Source: Spirochaetia bacterium (lineage in GTDB: Bacteria > Spirochaetota > Spirochaetia > UBA9216). From it: 64,000 bases of DNA. Location: positions 2,496,001 to 2,560,000 of the forward strand of contig OY776510.1 in the NCBI GenBank assembly GCA_963675665.1. Direction: 5' to 3'. The notes below the pieces were generated by a model, which made no database searches, had not been told where the DNA came from, and saw nothing but the letters and a program-made list of their open reading frames with translations. This document shows, one piece after another, positions 48,960 through 57,906 of this stretch. Made by a program: the position numbers and the translations under genes. How positions within the stretch are numbered: the stretch's first letter is position 1; each line of letters opens with the position of its first letter.

Positions 48960-49787
48960 CTACTCAAGCTCCCTGATTGCGCTTGTAATTTCGTCTCCGA
49001 CTGGTATTTTGTGGTGCCAGGCTGCCTGGTCTTCAATAAAAGAAACGCCTTTCCCTTTTATTGTTTTTGCAATGATTACCGAGGGTCTTCCAACGGTTTT
49101 CATGGCTCCGGCAGCCGCTTTCAGAAATAATTCCGGGCTGTTACCGTTCGTTTCGATTACGTGAAAGCCGAAACTTCGGAATTTATCCGGCAGTGGTTCC
49201 AGCGCCATGATCGTTTCAGTCCGGTCGGCGAGCTGAAGGGTATTCCTGTCTATTATAACGGTAAGATTATCCAGCCTGAAATGTGCGGCGCTCATGGCGG
49301 CCTCCCAGTTTGAGCCTTCTTCCAGTTCCCCGTCGCCCAGAAGGACCCATGTCCGGTATGAAGCGTCTGTTTTTTTTGCGGCAAGAGCCATGCCGACTGC
49401 AGCCGGGAAACCGTGTCCCAGAGCGCCGGTGTTGAATTCTATGCCGGGCGTTTTCTGTCTTACCGGGTGGCCGGGCAGTTTTGCGCTACTGCCCAGATAT
49501 TCGCTTAACAATGACTTTTGAATAAAACCGGCTTCCGCAAGGGTGCAATAGTATCCGCCGACACCGTGGCCCTTGCTGAGGATAAACCTGTCCCTGCCGG
49601 GATCCTGCGGATTATTAATGTTGTAACGAAGAAGGTTGAAGTAGAGGCTTGCAAGGATATCGGTCTCGGATAAATCTGCGCCGGTATGCCCGGCGCCTGC
49701 ATTGGAATTCATCTCGATGATATTCCTTCTGATTTTTTTGGCTTTTTCTCCTGTTTCTTCAGCCGAAAGAGCAAAAGGATTTTTCAT
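48960..49787 (-). CDS. Transketolase, N-terminal (ThDP-binding) subunit
   Basis: GHTGADLS, DRFILSKGH, NTGALGHG and LGDGELEEGSNWE. Real start placed at MKNPF (49787). Confidence 0.88.
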   Translation of the reverse strand: MKNPFALSAEETGEKAKKIRRNIIEMNSNAGAGHTGADLSETDILASLYFNLLRYNINNPQDPGRDRFILSKGHGVGGYYCTLAEAGFIQKSLLSEYLGSSAKLPGHPVRQKTPGIEFNTGALGHGFPAAVGMALAAKKTDASYRTWVLLGDGELEEGSNWEAAMSAAHFRLDNLTVIIDRNTLQLADRTETIMALEPLPDKFRSFGFHVIETNGNSPELFLKAAAGAMKTVGRPSVIIAKTIKGKGVSFIEDQAAWHHKIPVGDEITSAIRELE

Positions 49788-49964
49788 GTTTACCCGCCTT
49801 TCTGATTGTATGATTTGATAATAACATCCAAACTTGCGTTTGTCAATCCAAAACGAAAATAAAACAAATAAATAGAAAGTTAAAAAAGATAAAAAACGCA
49901 ATAATAGAGCATAAACATAAATAAAAACATTGACAAACGAAATAGTCCGTGATAAAACGTAAGC
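49788..49964. promoter_or_regulatory. Divergent promoter region with repeated AAAC(G)xAA motifs (candidate DeoR operators)
   Basis: A-rich strand with several AAACGAAA/AAACGCAA/AAACGTAA/AAACATAA copies. TTGACA (49930)-N17-TAAAAC (49953) on +, and a TTGACA on the minus strand near 49841. Confidence 0.5.
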
Positions 49965-51380
49965 ATGAAAGACGGAAAAATCACATTCGGAGTAATTGTT
50001 GGGACCAGGGGGTTTTTCAACCCGGAACTTGCTGCGGAAGGACGGACACAGATTACAGCCCTGCTCGAGGAAAAGGGTTATAACCACGTTATTCTCGGCA
50101 GTTCGGAAACCCCTACCGGTGTTATTGAAGGTTATGACGACGCAAAAAAATGCGCCGCGCTGTTTCGACGCGAACGCGACGTCATAGATGGGATTCTGGT
50201 AATTTTGCCGAATTTCGGTGATGAAATAGGTGTTGTTAATACTTTAAAGGCAGCCGACCTTAATGTTCCGGTAATGGTGCAGGCGTCGAACGATGAAAAC
50301 GATAAAGTGGATGTGCTCCACCGCCGCGATGCGTTCTGCGGCAAGATCTCTGTATGCAACAACCTCTATCAGTACGACATCCCTTTTACAAATACAAGTC
50401 TGCATACATGCAATATTAACTCGGAAGAATTCGCTGCTGATCTCGACCGTTTTGCGGCGGTCTGCCGGATTGTTTCGGGCGTGAAAAAGGCCCGAATAGG
50501 GGCAATAGGAACACGACCGGCTGCTTTTCAAACGGTTCGTTTCAGTGAGAAGTTGCTGCAGGCCTCGGGGGTAACGGTTGTTCCTGTTGATATGTCGGAA
50601 ATTATTGCTGCGGCAGAAAAGCTGGCAGCCACAGATTCTGCGGTTCAGCAGAAACTTGAAGCTATTCACGGTTACGGCCGAATAGCCGTGGGAATTAACA
50701 ATGAGCAGATTGTTCGACAGGCGAAGCTTTCTGTAGTAATTGATAATTTTGTCGCAGAGAATGAGCTTGATGCTACCGCGGTACAATGCTGGGACAGCAT
50801 TCAATATAACTACGGCTGTGCCGCCTGCCTGTCCATGAGCATGATGGGTGAATCGGGACGTCCTTCAGCCTGCGAGATGGATGTTGCGGGAGCTTTATCC
50901 ATGCTGGTTCTGCGGCTGGCCTCCGGTAATTCTCCCGGGTTTCTTGACTGGAACAATAACTTCGACTATAAGGCCGAGAAATGCGTCTGTACGCATTGCA
51001 GTAATTATCCTGCAAGTTTTATGGGTTCGGATATTGAAATTGGACAGCTTGATATTCTCGGCAACACAATAGGAGCCGAGAAGTGTTTCGGGGCAATAAA
51101 GGGCAAGGTAGCTTCGGGCGATATGACCTATTTCAGGCTGTCCACCGACGATACATGGGGAACCATAAAGGCATACGGGGGAGAAGGTGAATTCACCGAT
51201 GATGCTTACGGTATGGACGGCGGAATTGCCGTCTGCCGTGTTCCCGGGCTTAACGATGTTATGAATCATATTTGTATGGAAGGATTTGAACATCATGTAG
51301 CAATGGTCAGGGGACATTGGGTCGGGATAATCGAGGAAGCCCTGGGGAAATACCTTAAGTGGGAATTCGCTCTTCTGTAA
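49965..51380 (+). CDS. L-fucose/L-arabinose isomerase-family sugar isomerase
   Basis: PNFGDE, RRDAFCGKIS, VQCW, SACEMD, CTHCSN and GFEHHV. Confidence 0.8.
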   Translation: MKDGKITFGVIVGTRGFFNPELAAEGRTQITALLEEKGYNHVILGSSETPTGVIEGYDDAKKCAALFRRERDVIDGILVILPNFGDEIGVVNTLKAADLNVPVMVQASNDENDKVDVLHRRDAFCGKISVCNNLYQYDIPFTNTSLHTCNINSEEFAADLDRFAAVCRIVSGVKKARIGAIGTRPAAFQTVRFSEKLLQASGVTVVPVDMSEIIAAAEKLAATDSAVQQKLEAIHGYGRIAVGINNEQIVRQAKLSVVIDNFVAENELDATAVQCWDSIQYNYGCAACLSMSMMGESGRPSACEMDVAGALSMLVLRLASGNSPGFLDWNNNFDYKAEKCVCTHCSNYPASFMGSDIEIGQLDILGNTIGAEKCFGAIKGKVASGDMTYFRLSTDDTWGTIKAYGGEGEFTDDAYGMDGGIAVCRVPGLNDVMNHICMEGFEHHVAMVRGHWVGIIEEALGKYLKWEFALL

Positions 51381-51403
51381 AACCGGATTGTTTTTATCGG
51401 AAT

Positions 51404-51424
51404 CGGCCGCAGTTTCTGCGGCCG
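51404..51424 (+). terminator. GC-rich hairpin after the isomerase gene
   Basis: CGGCCGCAG-TTT-CTGCGGCCG, with only a weak U-tract. Confidence 0.45.
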
Positions 51425-51560
51425 TAATTAACCACGCTTGTTCATATCGATAAGCTCTTTTGGTGCAGAATATAAAATGATCCCCATATTCAGTAACTTA
51501 TGATAAAATAGCCATCTGACATGTCATTTTGAGAATAAAGTTTATTATACAGGGGGCGGA

Positions 51561-53105
51561 ATGGAATCCCTTTTTGATGTTGTGGTCATCGGTTCGGGGC
51601 TCGGGGGGCTGAGCGCGGCTTTTGAATGCAGCAGGAAAGGTCTGAAAACTCTATTGCTTGAACAGCATAATTTACCCGGCGGGTATGCCTCAAGTTTTGT
51701 TCGCGGACGGTTTGAGTTTGAACCCTCGCTTCATGAGCTTCCCGATATGCGTTCCATCAAAGCCGCTACCGGGGTTATCCGTTACCTGTGTGATGATGCG
51801 GGACTGGACGTTTCCTTTTCTTCGATCCCCGACGCCTACAGGGTTATTCTTACCGATAAGGGAACGGACGTCAGAATGCCTTTCGGTGTTGAAAACCTTA
51901 TTGCAACAATTGCAGCTGAAGTACCCGGAAGTGAGGAGCCCGTCAGAAATTACATGACCCTGTGCCGGGAGGTCCAGGACGCTTTCAAATATCTGAATGA
52001 ACATGCAGATCATCTCAATTTTCGCGAAGTACTCAAAGAGCATGGAAACTTTATCCGTACCGGGGCTGCCACAGCGGCACAGGTTGCTGATTCACTGAAT
52101 GTCCCGGAGGCTGCAAGGGATCTGCTGCTTCCTTACTGGTGCTATCTTGGAGTTCCGGAGAACAGGGTTTCTTTTTCAATCTGGGCGGCCCTGCTTGATG
52201 CATATATATCTTCCGGTGCGGTAATTCCGAAGTTCCGTTCCCATGAGCTTTCGCAGGCGTTTATTGATAAATTCATTAGATCGGGCGGGGAATTCCGGCC
52301 CAACAGCAGGGTGGACCGGGTTATAGCAGAGAGCGGCCGGATAAAGGGTGTTGAGCTGGAAAACGGAGAGGTCATAAATACTCCCGTCGTAATAAGCAAT
52401 ACCTCGCCCACGAATGTTTTTTCAAAACTGGTATATCCGGAAAGTGAAGTCCCGCCGACGGCGTATAAAAATATTAGATCACGTAAAATGGGGTTCAGTC
52501 TGTTTGTCGTATATCTCGGGCTTGATGCGTCTCCGGAAGAACTCGGGCTTACGGATTACAGCTATTTTATTGCGCCCCATATGGATACTGAAAAACTGTA
52601 CCCAGAGGGGAAATCCCTTGATTCAACGGAGATTATGCAGGCTTCGGTTTGTCTTAATATCGGGAATCCGGGCTGTTCGCCTCCGGGGACAACCATCCTG
52701 GCCCTTACGGCGGGACAAAGGGCCGAAGCCTGGGCTGATGTTACCGCCGATTCATATCAGCAGACAAAAGAGATGGTTGCCGAAATAATGATAGACCAGT
52801 TTGAAAAGGCGGTCGGCGCAGATCTCCGTTCACATATTGAAGAAATAGAGATTGCATCGCCGCAGACCTTTGCCAGGTATACCGCGTCCCACGACGGCAT
52901 TGTATACGGGTATGAACCGGAAGTATGGGACGGAATTATCCCCAGGATTTTAAACCGGAAAGAAGAGAACTATATTGACGGGCTTCATTTCTGCGGAGGC
53001 TTTTCGTTCAGATGCCACGGATACGGTAGTTCCATCATGAGCGGAAAGGCTGCGGCAGAGGCTGTGTTTGCTGAATACGGAACGGGGAATATGAATGAAG
53101 GTTGA
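51561..53105 (+). CDS. Phytoene desaturase/retinol saturase-like FAD oxidoreductase
   Basis: DVVVIGSGLGGL, LEQHNLPGGYASSF.RG.FEFE.SLH, SLFVVYLG, ASPQTFARYT...GIVYG and GLHFCG. Confidence 0.8.
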   Translation: MESLFDVVVIGSGLGGLSAAFECSRKGLKTLLLEQHNLPGGYASSFVRGRFEFEPSLHELPDMRSIKAATGVIRYLCDDAGLDVSFSSIPDAYRVILTDKGTDVRMPFGVENLIATIAAEVPGSEEPVRNYMTLCREVQDAFKYLNEHADHLNFREVLKEHGNFIRTGAATAAQVADSLNVPEAARDLLLPYWCYLGVPENRVSFSIWAALLDAYISSGAVIPKFRSHELSQAFIDKFIRSGGEFRPNSRVDRVIAESGRIKGVELENGEVINTPVVISNTSPTNVFSKLVYPESEVPPTAYKNIRSRKMGFSLFVVYLGLDASPEELGLTDYSYFIAPHMDTEKLYPEGKSLDSTEIMQASVCLNIGNPGCSPPGTTILALTAGQRAEAWADVTADSYQQTKEMVAEIMIDQFEKAVGADLRSHIEEIEIASPQTFARYTASHDGIVYGYEPEVWDGIIPRILNRKEENYIDGLHFCGGFSFRCHGYGSSIMSGKAAAEAVFAEYGTGNMNEG

Positions 53106-54339
53106 GATTAACGGATCTTTCAGGGATATTGTTTCATTTATTGTTCATATAAAAAAGCGAAAGCGGATTTTTAAAAGGGCGAAAGCGTCGCCGGTGGCAC
53201 CGGGGCGGATGAATATGCTCGCCGAAGAGCTGCACCCCCTGTCGCAGAGGCTTATTGTAGATTCGGTTATAACTGAAACTGCCGATGCCAATACCTACAG
53301 GCTTAAAGGGGCGGGGCGGCGCCCGGCATTTTTTATTCCCGGGCAGTATATAAGTATAAGCCTGCAGATAGGCGGGTCAACTCTTGCAAGACCGTTTTCG
53401 ATTTCCTCCATGCCGCAGCAGACCATAGATGCCGGTTATTATGACATAACTGTAAAAAACAGCGACGACGAAGGATTTACCGGCCGGTGGATTATGGAAA
53501 ACTGGAAAACCGGAACCGAGGTAATGTCTTCAGGACCTGCAGGCTCCTTTACCTGGCAAAAACTGCGCGACTGCAGCTCTCTTGTGTGCATAGCCGGCGG
53601 TTCGGGAATTACTCCGTTTAAACCTATTATAAGTTCGCTGCTTTCATCCAACCGGTTTTCCCGGGTGATACTCTTTTATGGTGCCCGCAATTCAAATGAT
53701 CTTATTTTTAAAGATTTCTGGGAAGATACTGTAAAAAAACACGCCGGCAGGTTTTTCCATATTCCTGTTCTGTCTGAACCGGACAACGGCTGGCAGGGAG
53801 AGAAAGGATTTATCACAGCGGAGCTTATAACCCGGACGATAAAATCGGTACCGGGCGGGTTTACAGCCGACGAATGCAGTTACTTTATCTGCGGCCCCGA
53901 AGGGCTTCACAGTTTTATTGATAAGGAACTTTCCGGTCTTGATATCTCCGGCAAACGAATTCGCCGCGAGGAATATGCCGTTAATACCAGAAGCAGCGGC
54001 GTCGGTTCCCCGAGCGGAAAGAGAATTGTTTCCTTAACCGTCAGGCAGGGAGACAGTAATCTTGAAATAAAGGCTGATCCGGATGAAACTGTTCTTGTAG
54101 CCCTGGAAAGGGCGGGGCTGGACCCCCCGTCGCTCTGCCGGACCGGAGAATGCGGCTGGTGCCGGAGCAGGCTTGTTTCGGGAAAGATATCCGGGAACAA
54201 AAAGCCGGGACGAAGGTCTGGATTGCGAATGGCGGATGAGAAGTTCGGGTATTTTCATCCCTGCTCGGCATTTCCCGAAAGCGATCTGGTAATTGAGATC
54301 CCGCCGAATCCCGTAAAAAACTTAAGGAGTAGTTTATGA
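53095..54339 (+). CDS. Ferredoxin-NAD(P) reductase-like protein with a C-terminal [2Fe-2S] domain (PaaE/Hcr-like)
   Basis: FIPGQY, RPFSISS, IAGGSGITP, FICGP and CRTGECGWC...HPC. Confidence 0.85.
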   Translation: MKVEINGSFRDIVSFIVHIKKRKRIFKRAKASPVAPGRMNMLAEELHPLSQRLIVDSVITETADANTYRLKGAGRRPAFFIPGQYISISLQIGGSTLARPFSISSMPQQTIDAGYYDITVKNSDDEGFTGRWIMENWKTGTEVMSSGPAGSFTWQKLRDCSSLVCIAGGSGITPFKPIISSLLSSNRFSRVILFYGARNSNDLIFKDFWEDTVKKHAGRFFHIPVLSEPDNGWQGEKGFITAELITRTIKSVPGGFTADECSYFICGPEGLHSFIDKELSGLDISGKRIRREEYAVNTRSSGVGSPSGKRIVSLTVRQGDSNLEIKADPDETVLVALERAGLDPPSLCRTGECGWCRSRLVSGKISGNKKPGRRSGLRMADEKFGYFHPCSAFPESDLVIEIPPNPVKNLRSSL

Positions 54340-55196
54340 AGATTGTTGCTGATTCAGCGCTGCAGCTGGAGCAGGAAACCGTTAAAAGTCTCGGACTGAA
54401 GGTTGTCGAATATCCTATGTATCTGAACGGCGAAGATTATCCTGTTTCGATGTCGATGAGCCGCTCGGAGAAAGATGAACTCAGAATGCTTCTGAAGGAT
54501 AAAAACAACAAGATTACTACTTCCGGTCTGAGGGAACGCGATCTGAAGGAGATATATCTTTCCTGCAGGAAAGATAAGATAATCTCAATTCACCAGTCCG
54601 GCAGGGCCTCTACAGCTTCTTCGGCCATGATAAACCGGGTACTGACTGACAACCCTGAGCTGGATGTGACCTTTATCGATGCCCATCACCTTACCGCTGC
54701 CTACTCGGTTATCGTTCAGCAGGTTGCAGAGGCTGTTGCAGCCGGGATGGAGTTTGATGAACTGATGAGATATATCGAAACAATTCGTGATAATACCAGG
54801 CACCTGGGCGTCGTGTACGACCTCTTTTACCTGCACCGGACCGGGCGAATAGGTCTGGCCAAAGCCGTTATGGGGTCCGCAATGAAAATTATTGCCCTGC
54901 TTGGTTCTTCCGATGAACCCGGGGTCCTTGTATCCATAGGCAAGGTAAAAAATCATATCCAGGCGAATACTAAATTTGCGGCCCTGGTAAAAGAGGATAT
55001 GGAGAAGAAAAACGGCAAACGGGTCAGGTGTGTTATTTCAGTCATCGGACCTCATGAAAAGGAAGCGGAAGACCTTAAGAACAGGCTTGAAGAGCTGGAT
55101 TTTCCTGTTCATGCCGAGGTACACTACTCAAACCATTCAAATATGCCCCACGCGGGGCCTGATTTCTATGATCTGGGGTATACGATCCATGCCTAG
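54336..55196 (+). CDS. DegV-family fatty acid-binding protein (FakB-like)
   Basis: KIVADSA, ITTSG, LFYLHRTGRIG and PHAGP. Confidence 0.8.
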   Translation: MKIVADSALQLEQETVKSLGLKVVEYPMYLNGEDYPVSMSMSRSEKDELRMLLKDKNNKITTSGLRERDLKEIYLSCRKDKIISIHQSGRASTASSAMINRVLTDNPELDVTFIDAHHLTAAYSVIVQQVAEAVAAGMEFDELMRYIETIRDNTRHLGVVYDLFYLHRTGRIGLAKAVMGSAMKIIALLGSSDEPGVLVSIGKVKNHIQANTKFAALVKEDMEKKNGKRVRCVISVIGPHEKEAEDLKNRLEELDFPVHAEVHYSNHSNMPHAGPDFYDLGYTIHA

Positions 55197-56787
55197 TCAT
55201 GTTCTTGAATGCGGAGATTTCACAAGGGCGTTTTTCACCAGCGCCGAACATCTCAATGTCAATCTGAAAGTCCTTGACAACCTTAACGTATTCCCTGTTC
55301 CCGACGGAGATACGGGCGCCAATATGTGCGCTACCTTTATTCCGGCGGTGAAAAATCTTAAGGGCGGAAGGATCCTGTCCTGCAGGGACATCGGCGACAT
55401 CATTGTTCCGAAAATGGACAATCACAGCCGCGGTAATTCGGGATTTATAATCTCCAGGTTTTTCAAGGGATTTTTCTCATGTATGAACCAGGACTCCGCC
55501 CTGACAATGGACAGAATTCGGGACGGATTTTCCAGGGGATATTTTGAAGCGCATACCGCCCTTTTTAATCCTGTGGAAGGAACTATGATCTCGGTGATTT
55601 CTTCAATGAATGAAGCGATTACAGGCTGGAGCGGCAATTCCATAAGGGAATGTCTTGAACATGCCGTGGCTGAAGCAAGAAAAACTCTTTTCAGAACGCC
55701 TGAGATGCTTCCGGTGCTTGCCCGCGCCGGGGTCGTCGACAGCGGCGCGCTGGGATTTATATGCATTATAGAAGGTCTGCTTCTGGGGTTGAGCAGCAGG
55801 AGTCCTTTCAGGGAAATAGAATCGGAGTACAGGTTCAGCCCGGACCCCGACGCCGGTTCGGATGATGTCAGTCTGAAACCGGGGCAGTTCTGCACAGAAT
55901 TAACGATGAAGCTTGAGCATAACTTCCCTGAAAAGGAAATTCGCGAGTATCTGGTAGAGATGGGAAACTCGATAGCCCTTGTAAGGGAGAATGATTTTGT
56001 AAAACTGCATATTCATACTGATTTTCCTGATCAGCTGATTAATAAATTTGAACAGTTCGGGACCATAACGGACAGAAAAATTGATGATATATATGCCCAG
56101 ATTAAGGGGGGCAAGGGCAGCGGAGAGGCCTTCAGAGGCTGTGAAGTCCTGCCCTGTGTTCCCGGCCCGGGGTTTAAAAAAATATTCAACGATCTCGGCA
56201 TTGAGAACGTTCTTGTTTACGGTCCGTCGCTGCCGTCCGCCAGGGAGATCCTCGAAGCTGTCGATAAAGCCGGGGTTGAAGATCTGATTCTTCTTCCGAA
56301 CGACAGTAACATTCTTCCTGCATGCATGACGGCCAAAGAGAAAAGCGGCAAGCATATCTCAATCATCCCTTCGGGAGATATTGTTCAGGGGCTGACCGCC
56401 TGCTACGGGTTCAGCGAGAACGAGGAACTTGAAGTAAATACAGTTTCCATGACAGACTGCCTCGGTATGGCCGATTCGTTTTTCATGTACAAAAGCGCTG
56501 CCGATCGGAGTTTCGGCGGGATTGATATCAGAAAGGACCATTATTTTCTGGTTAAGGGAAAGGACATCCTGTCTGTGGATATCGATTACTGCCGCGCAGT
56601 CATGAACGGGCTTGAAAAAGCTGATACAGACCAGAAAGGCAACATCACCCTTTTCTACAGGGAAGCGGAAGGCGGGGCTGAGCTGGAAGAACTCAGGACG
56701 CTTATTACCGAAAAATTTCCTCACCTGGAACTGGAACTGATTTTCGGAGGGCAGAGCCGGGGAGAGTTGATTATTGCTCTTGAATAA
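55189..56787 (+). CDS. DAK2-domain fatty acid kinase subunit (FakA-like)
   Basis: LNVFPVPDGDTGANM, SRGNSG, PVEGTMISV, GVVDSGALG, FCTE, KLHIHTD and LPNDSNI. Start 55189 overlaps the DegV stop. Confidence 0.85.
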   Translation: MPSHVLECGDFTRAFFTSAEHLNVNLKVLDNLNVFPVPDGDTGANMCATFIPAVKNLKGGRILSCRDIGDIIVPKMDNHSRGNSGFIISRFFKGFFSCMNQDSALTMDRIRDGFSRGYFEAHTALFNPVEGTMISVISSMNEAITGWSGNSIRECLEHAVAEARKTLFRTPEMLPVLARAGVVDSGALGFICIIEGLLLGLSSRSPFREIESEYRFSPDPDAGSDDVSLKPGQFCTELTMKLEHNFPEKEIREYLVEMGNSIALVRENDFVKLHIHTDFPDQLINKFEQFGTITDRKIDDIYAQIKGGKGSGEAFRGCEVLPCVPGPGFKKIFNDLGIENVLVYGPSLPSAREILEAVDKAGVEDLILLPNDSNILPACMTAKEKSGKHISIIPSGDIVQGLTACYGFSENEELEVNTVSMTDCLGMADSFFMYKSAADRSFGGIDIRKDHYFLVKGKDILSVDIDYCRAVMNGLEKADTDQKGNITLFYREAEGGAELEELRTLITEKFPHLELELIFGGQSRGELIIALE

Positions 56788-56820
56788 CGGAAGCTGTTTT
56801 TAAAGAAGGAATGATAATAA

Positions 56821-57486
56821 ATGAATGTTCAATATGTTGTTGTATCAGTTATTTCGATAATTGCCGGATATCTGTCAGGATCGGTTAATTACGCCATTCC
56901 TGTTACAAGGATGGTTATCGGCAAGGATATCAGGACCATAGGCAACCACAACCCGGGGACATCCAATGTTGTCCGTGAGGTCGGTGCAGCCTGGGGCGTT
57001 TTAGTCGGGTTTCTTGACGGCATGAAGGGGCTTGTTCCCGTATTAATACTGAGGATTGTGTTTTTCAGCGGGGACAGCGGGATCGATTTTTTTATCCTTT
57101 ATCTTACGGGTTTTGCCGCGGTTATCGGACACTGCAAATCCGTGTTCCTGAAATTTAAAGGCGGCGGCGGTATCGGCACAATGCTTGGGGTATCACTGTT
57201 CTTTGTTCCGGTTGAATTCCTCTTTTCGATGTTCCTGGGAGGGCTGATCGTGCTGATCTTTTTCAGGAATGCAAAGTACCGGTTCGGCCAGAAAACGCCG
57301 ATCTTTTTTGTAACCCTTACGCCGTTTGTGACCCTGGCGTCTTCCCTGATTATGGATATACGCCTGTTCGCGCATATTTCGATAGGGGGACATAACTGGG
57401 GCACCATAGCAGGCGCCTTTGTTATGTCCCTCGGCATTCTGTCGTTTAATCTGAAATTTCTTACTTCAAAATCCGGAAAGAGGTAG
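56821..57486 (+). CDS. PlsY-family acyl-phosphate acyltransferase with atypical active-site motifs
   Basis: GYLSGSVN, DIRTIGNHNPGTSNVVR, DGMKG and GH...FKGGGGIGT. No HxxNIxR motif. Confidence 0.75.
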   Translation: MNVQYVVVSVISIIAGYLSGSVNYAIPVTRMVIGKDIRTIGNHNPGTSNVVREVGAAWGVLVGFLDGMKGLVPVLILRIVFFSGDSGIDFFILYLTGFAAVIGHCKSVFLKFKGGGGIGTMLGVSLFFVPVEFLFSMFLGGLIVLIFFRNAKYRFGQKTPIFFVTLTPFVTLASSLIMDIRLFAHISIGGHNWGTIAGAFVMSLGILSFNLKFLTSKSGKR

Positions 57487-57519
57487 ATGCGGCTGCATAA
57501 ACAGCAGCCGTTCTTCGAA

Positions 57520-57822
57520 CTAGTCTCTCCGTTTATGGCTGGCGCCTTTTGATCCTCCGCCATAGAAAATGGAGATCCCGATAATGAATCCGAAATTATA
57601 CCAGCCGCCGTTATTATAAACCTCGTATACGTTTACCTTGTCGCTGAAGATAGAGATAATAAACGTAAAAAGCGATATCAATCCGTGCCAAAGCCCGAGC
57701 AGAAATCCGGCGGGTTTATCTTCCTTAACAGACTGTTCCAGCACATTCGGTCCGGCTGCGCAGCCTATGAGCACTATTGCCGCAGTAATTAAAATGAATA
57801 ACAGAAGTTTCTTTTTGTTCAT
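57520..57822 (-). CDS. Small membrane lipoprotein, conserved hypothetical
   Basis: Lipobox LIG-C; AGFLLGLWHG and YEVYNNGGWYNFGF. Confidence 0.65.
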   Translation of the reverse strand: MNKKKLLLFILITAAIVLIGCAAGPNVLEQSVKEDKPAGFLLGLWHGLISLFTFIISIFSDKVNVYEVYNNGGWYNFGFIIGISIFYGGGSKGASHKRRD

Positions 57823-57906
57823 ACAATTCCCCTTGAATCAGAATTTAATAAGTAATCAAGTCTCTATTAAACACCTCATACTATTAAAAGTGTTACCTTA
57901 ATATTT

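Noticed and set aside
49788-50087. 100 aa N-terminal extension of the transketolase ORF
   Set aside because: It overlaps the divergent isomerase gene and promoter. Homology begins at MKNPF (49787).
55030-55188. N-terminal extension of the DAK2 ORF
   Set aside because: It overlaps DegV. The ATG at 55189, coupled to the DegV stop, fits better.
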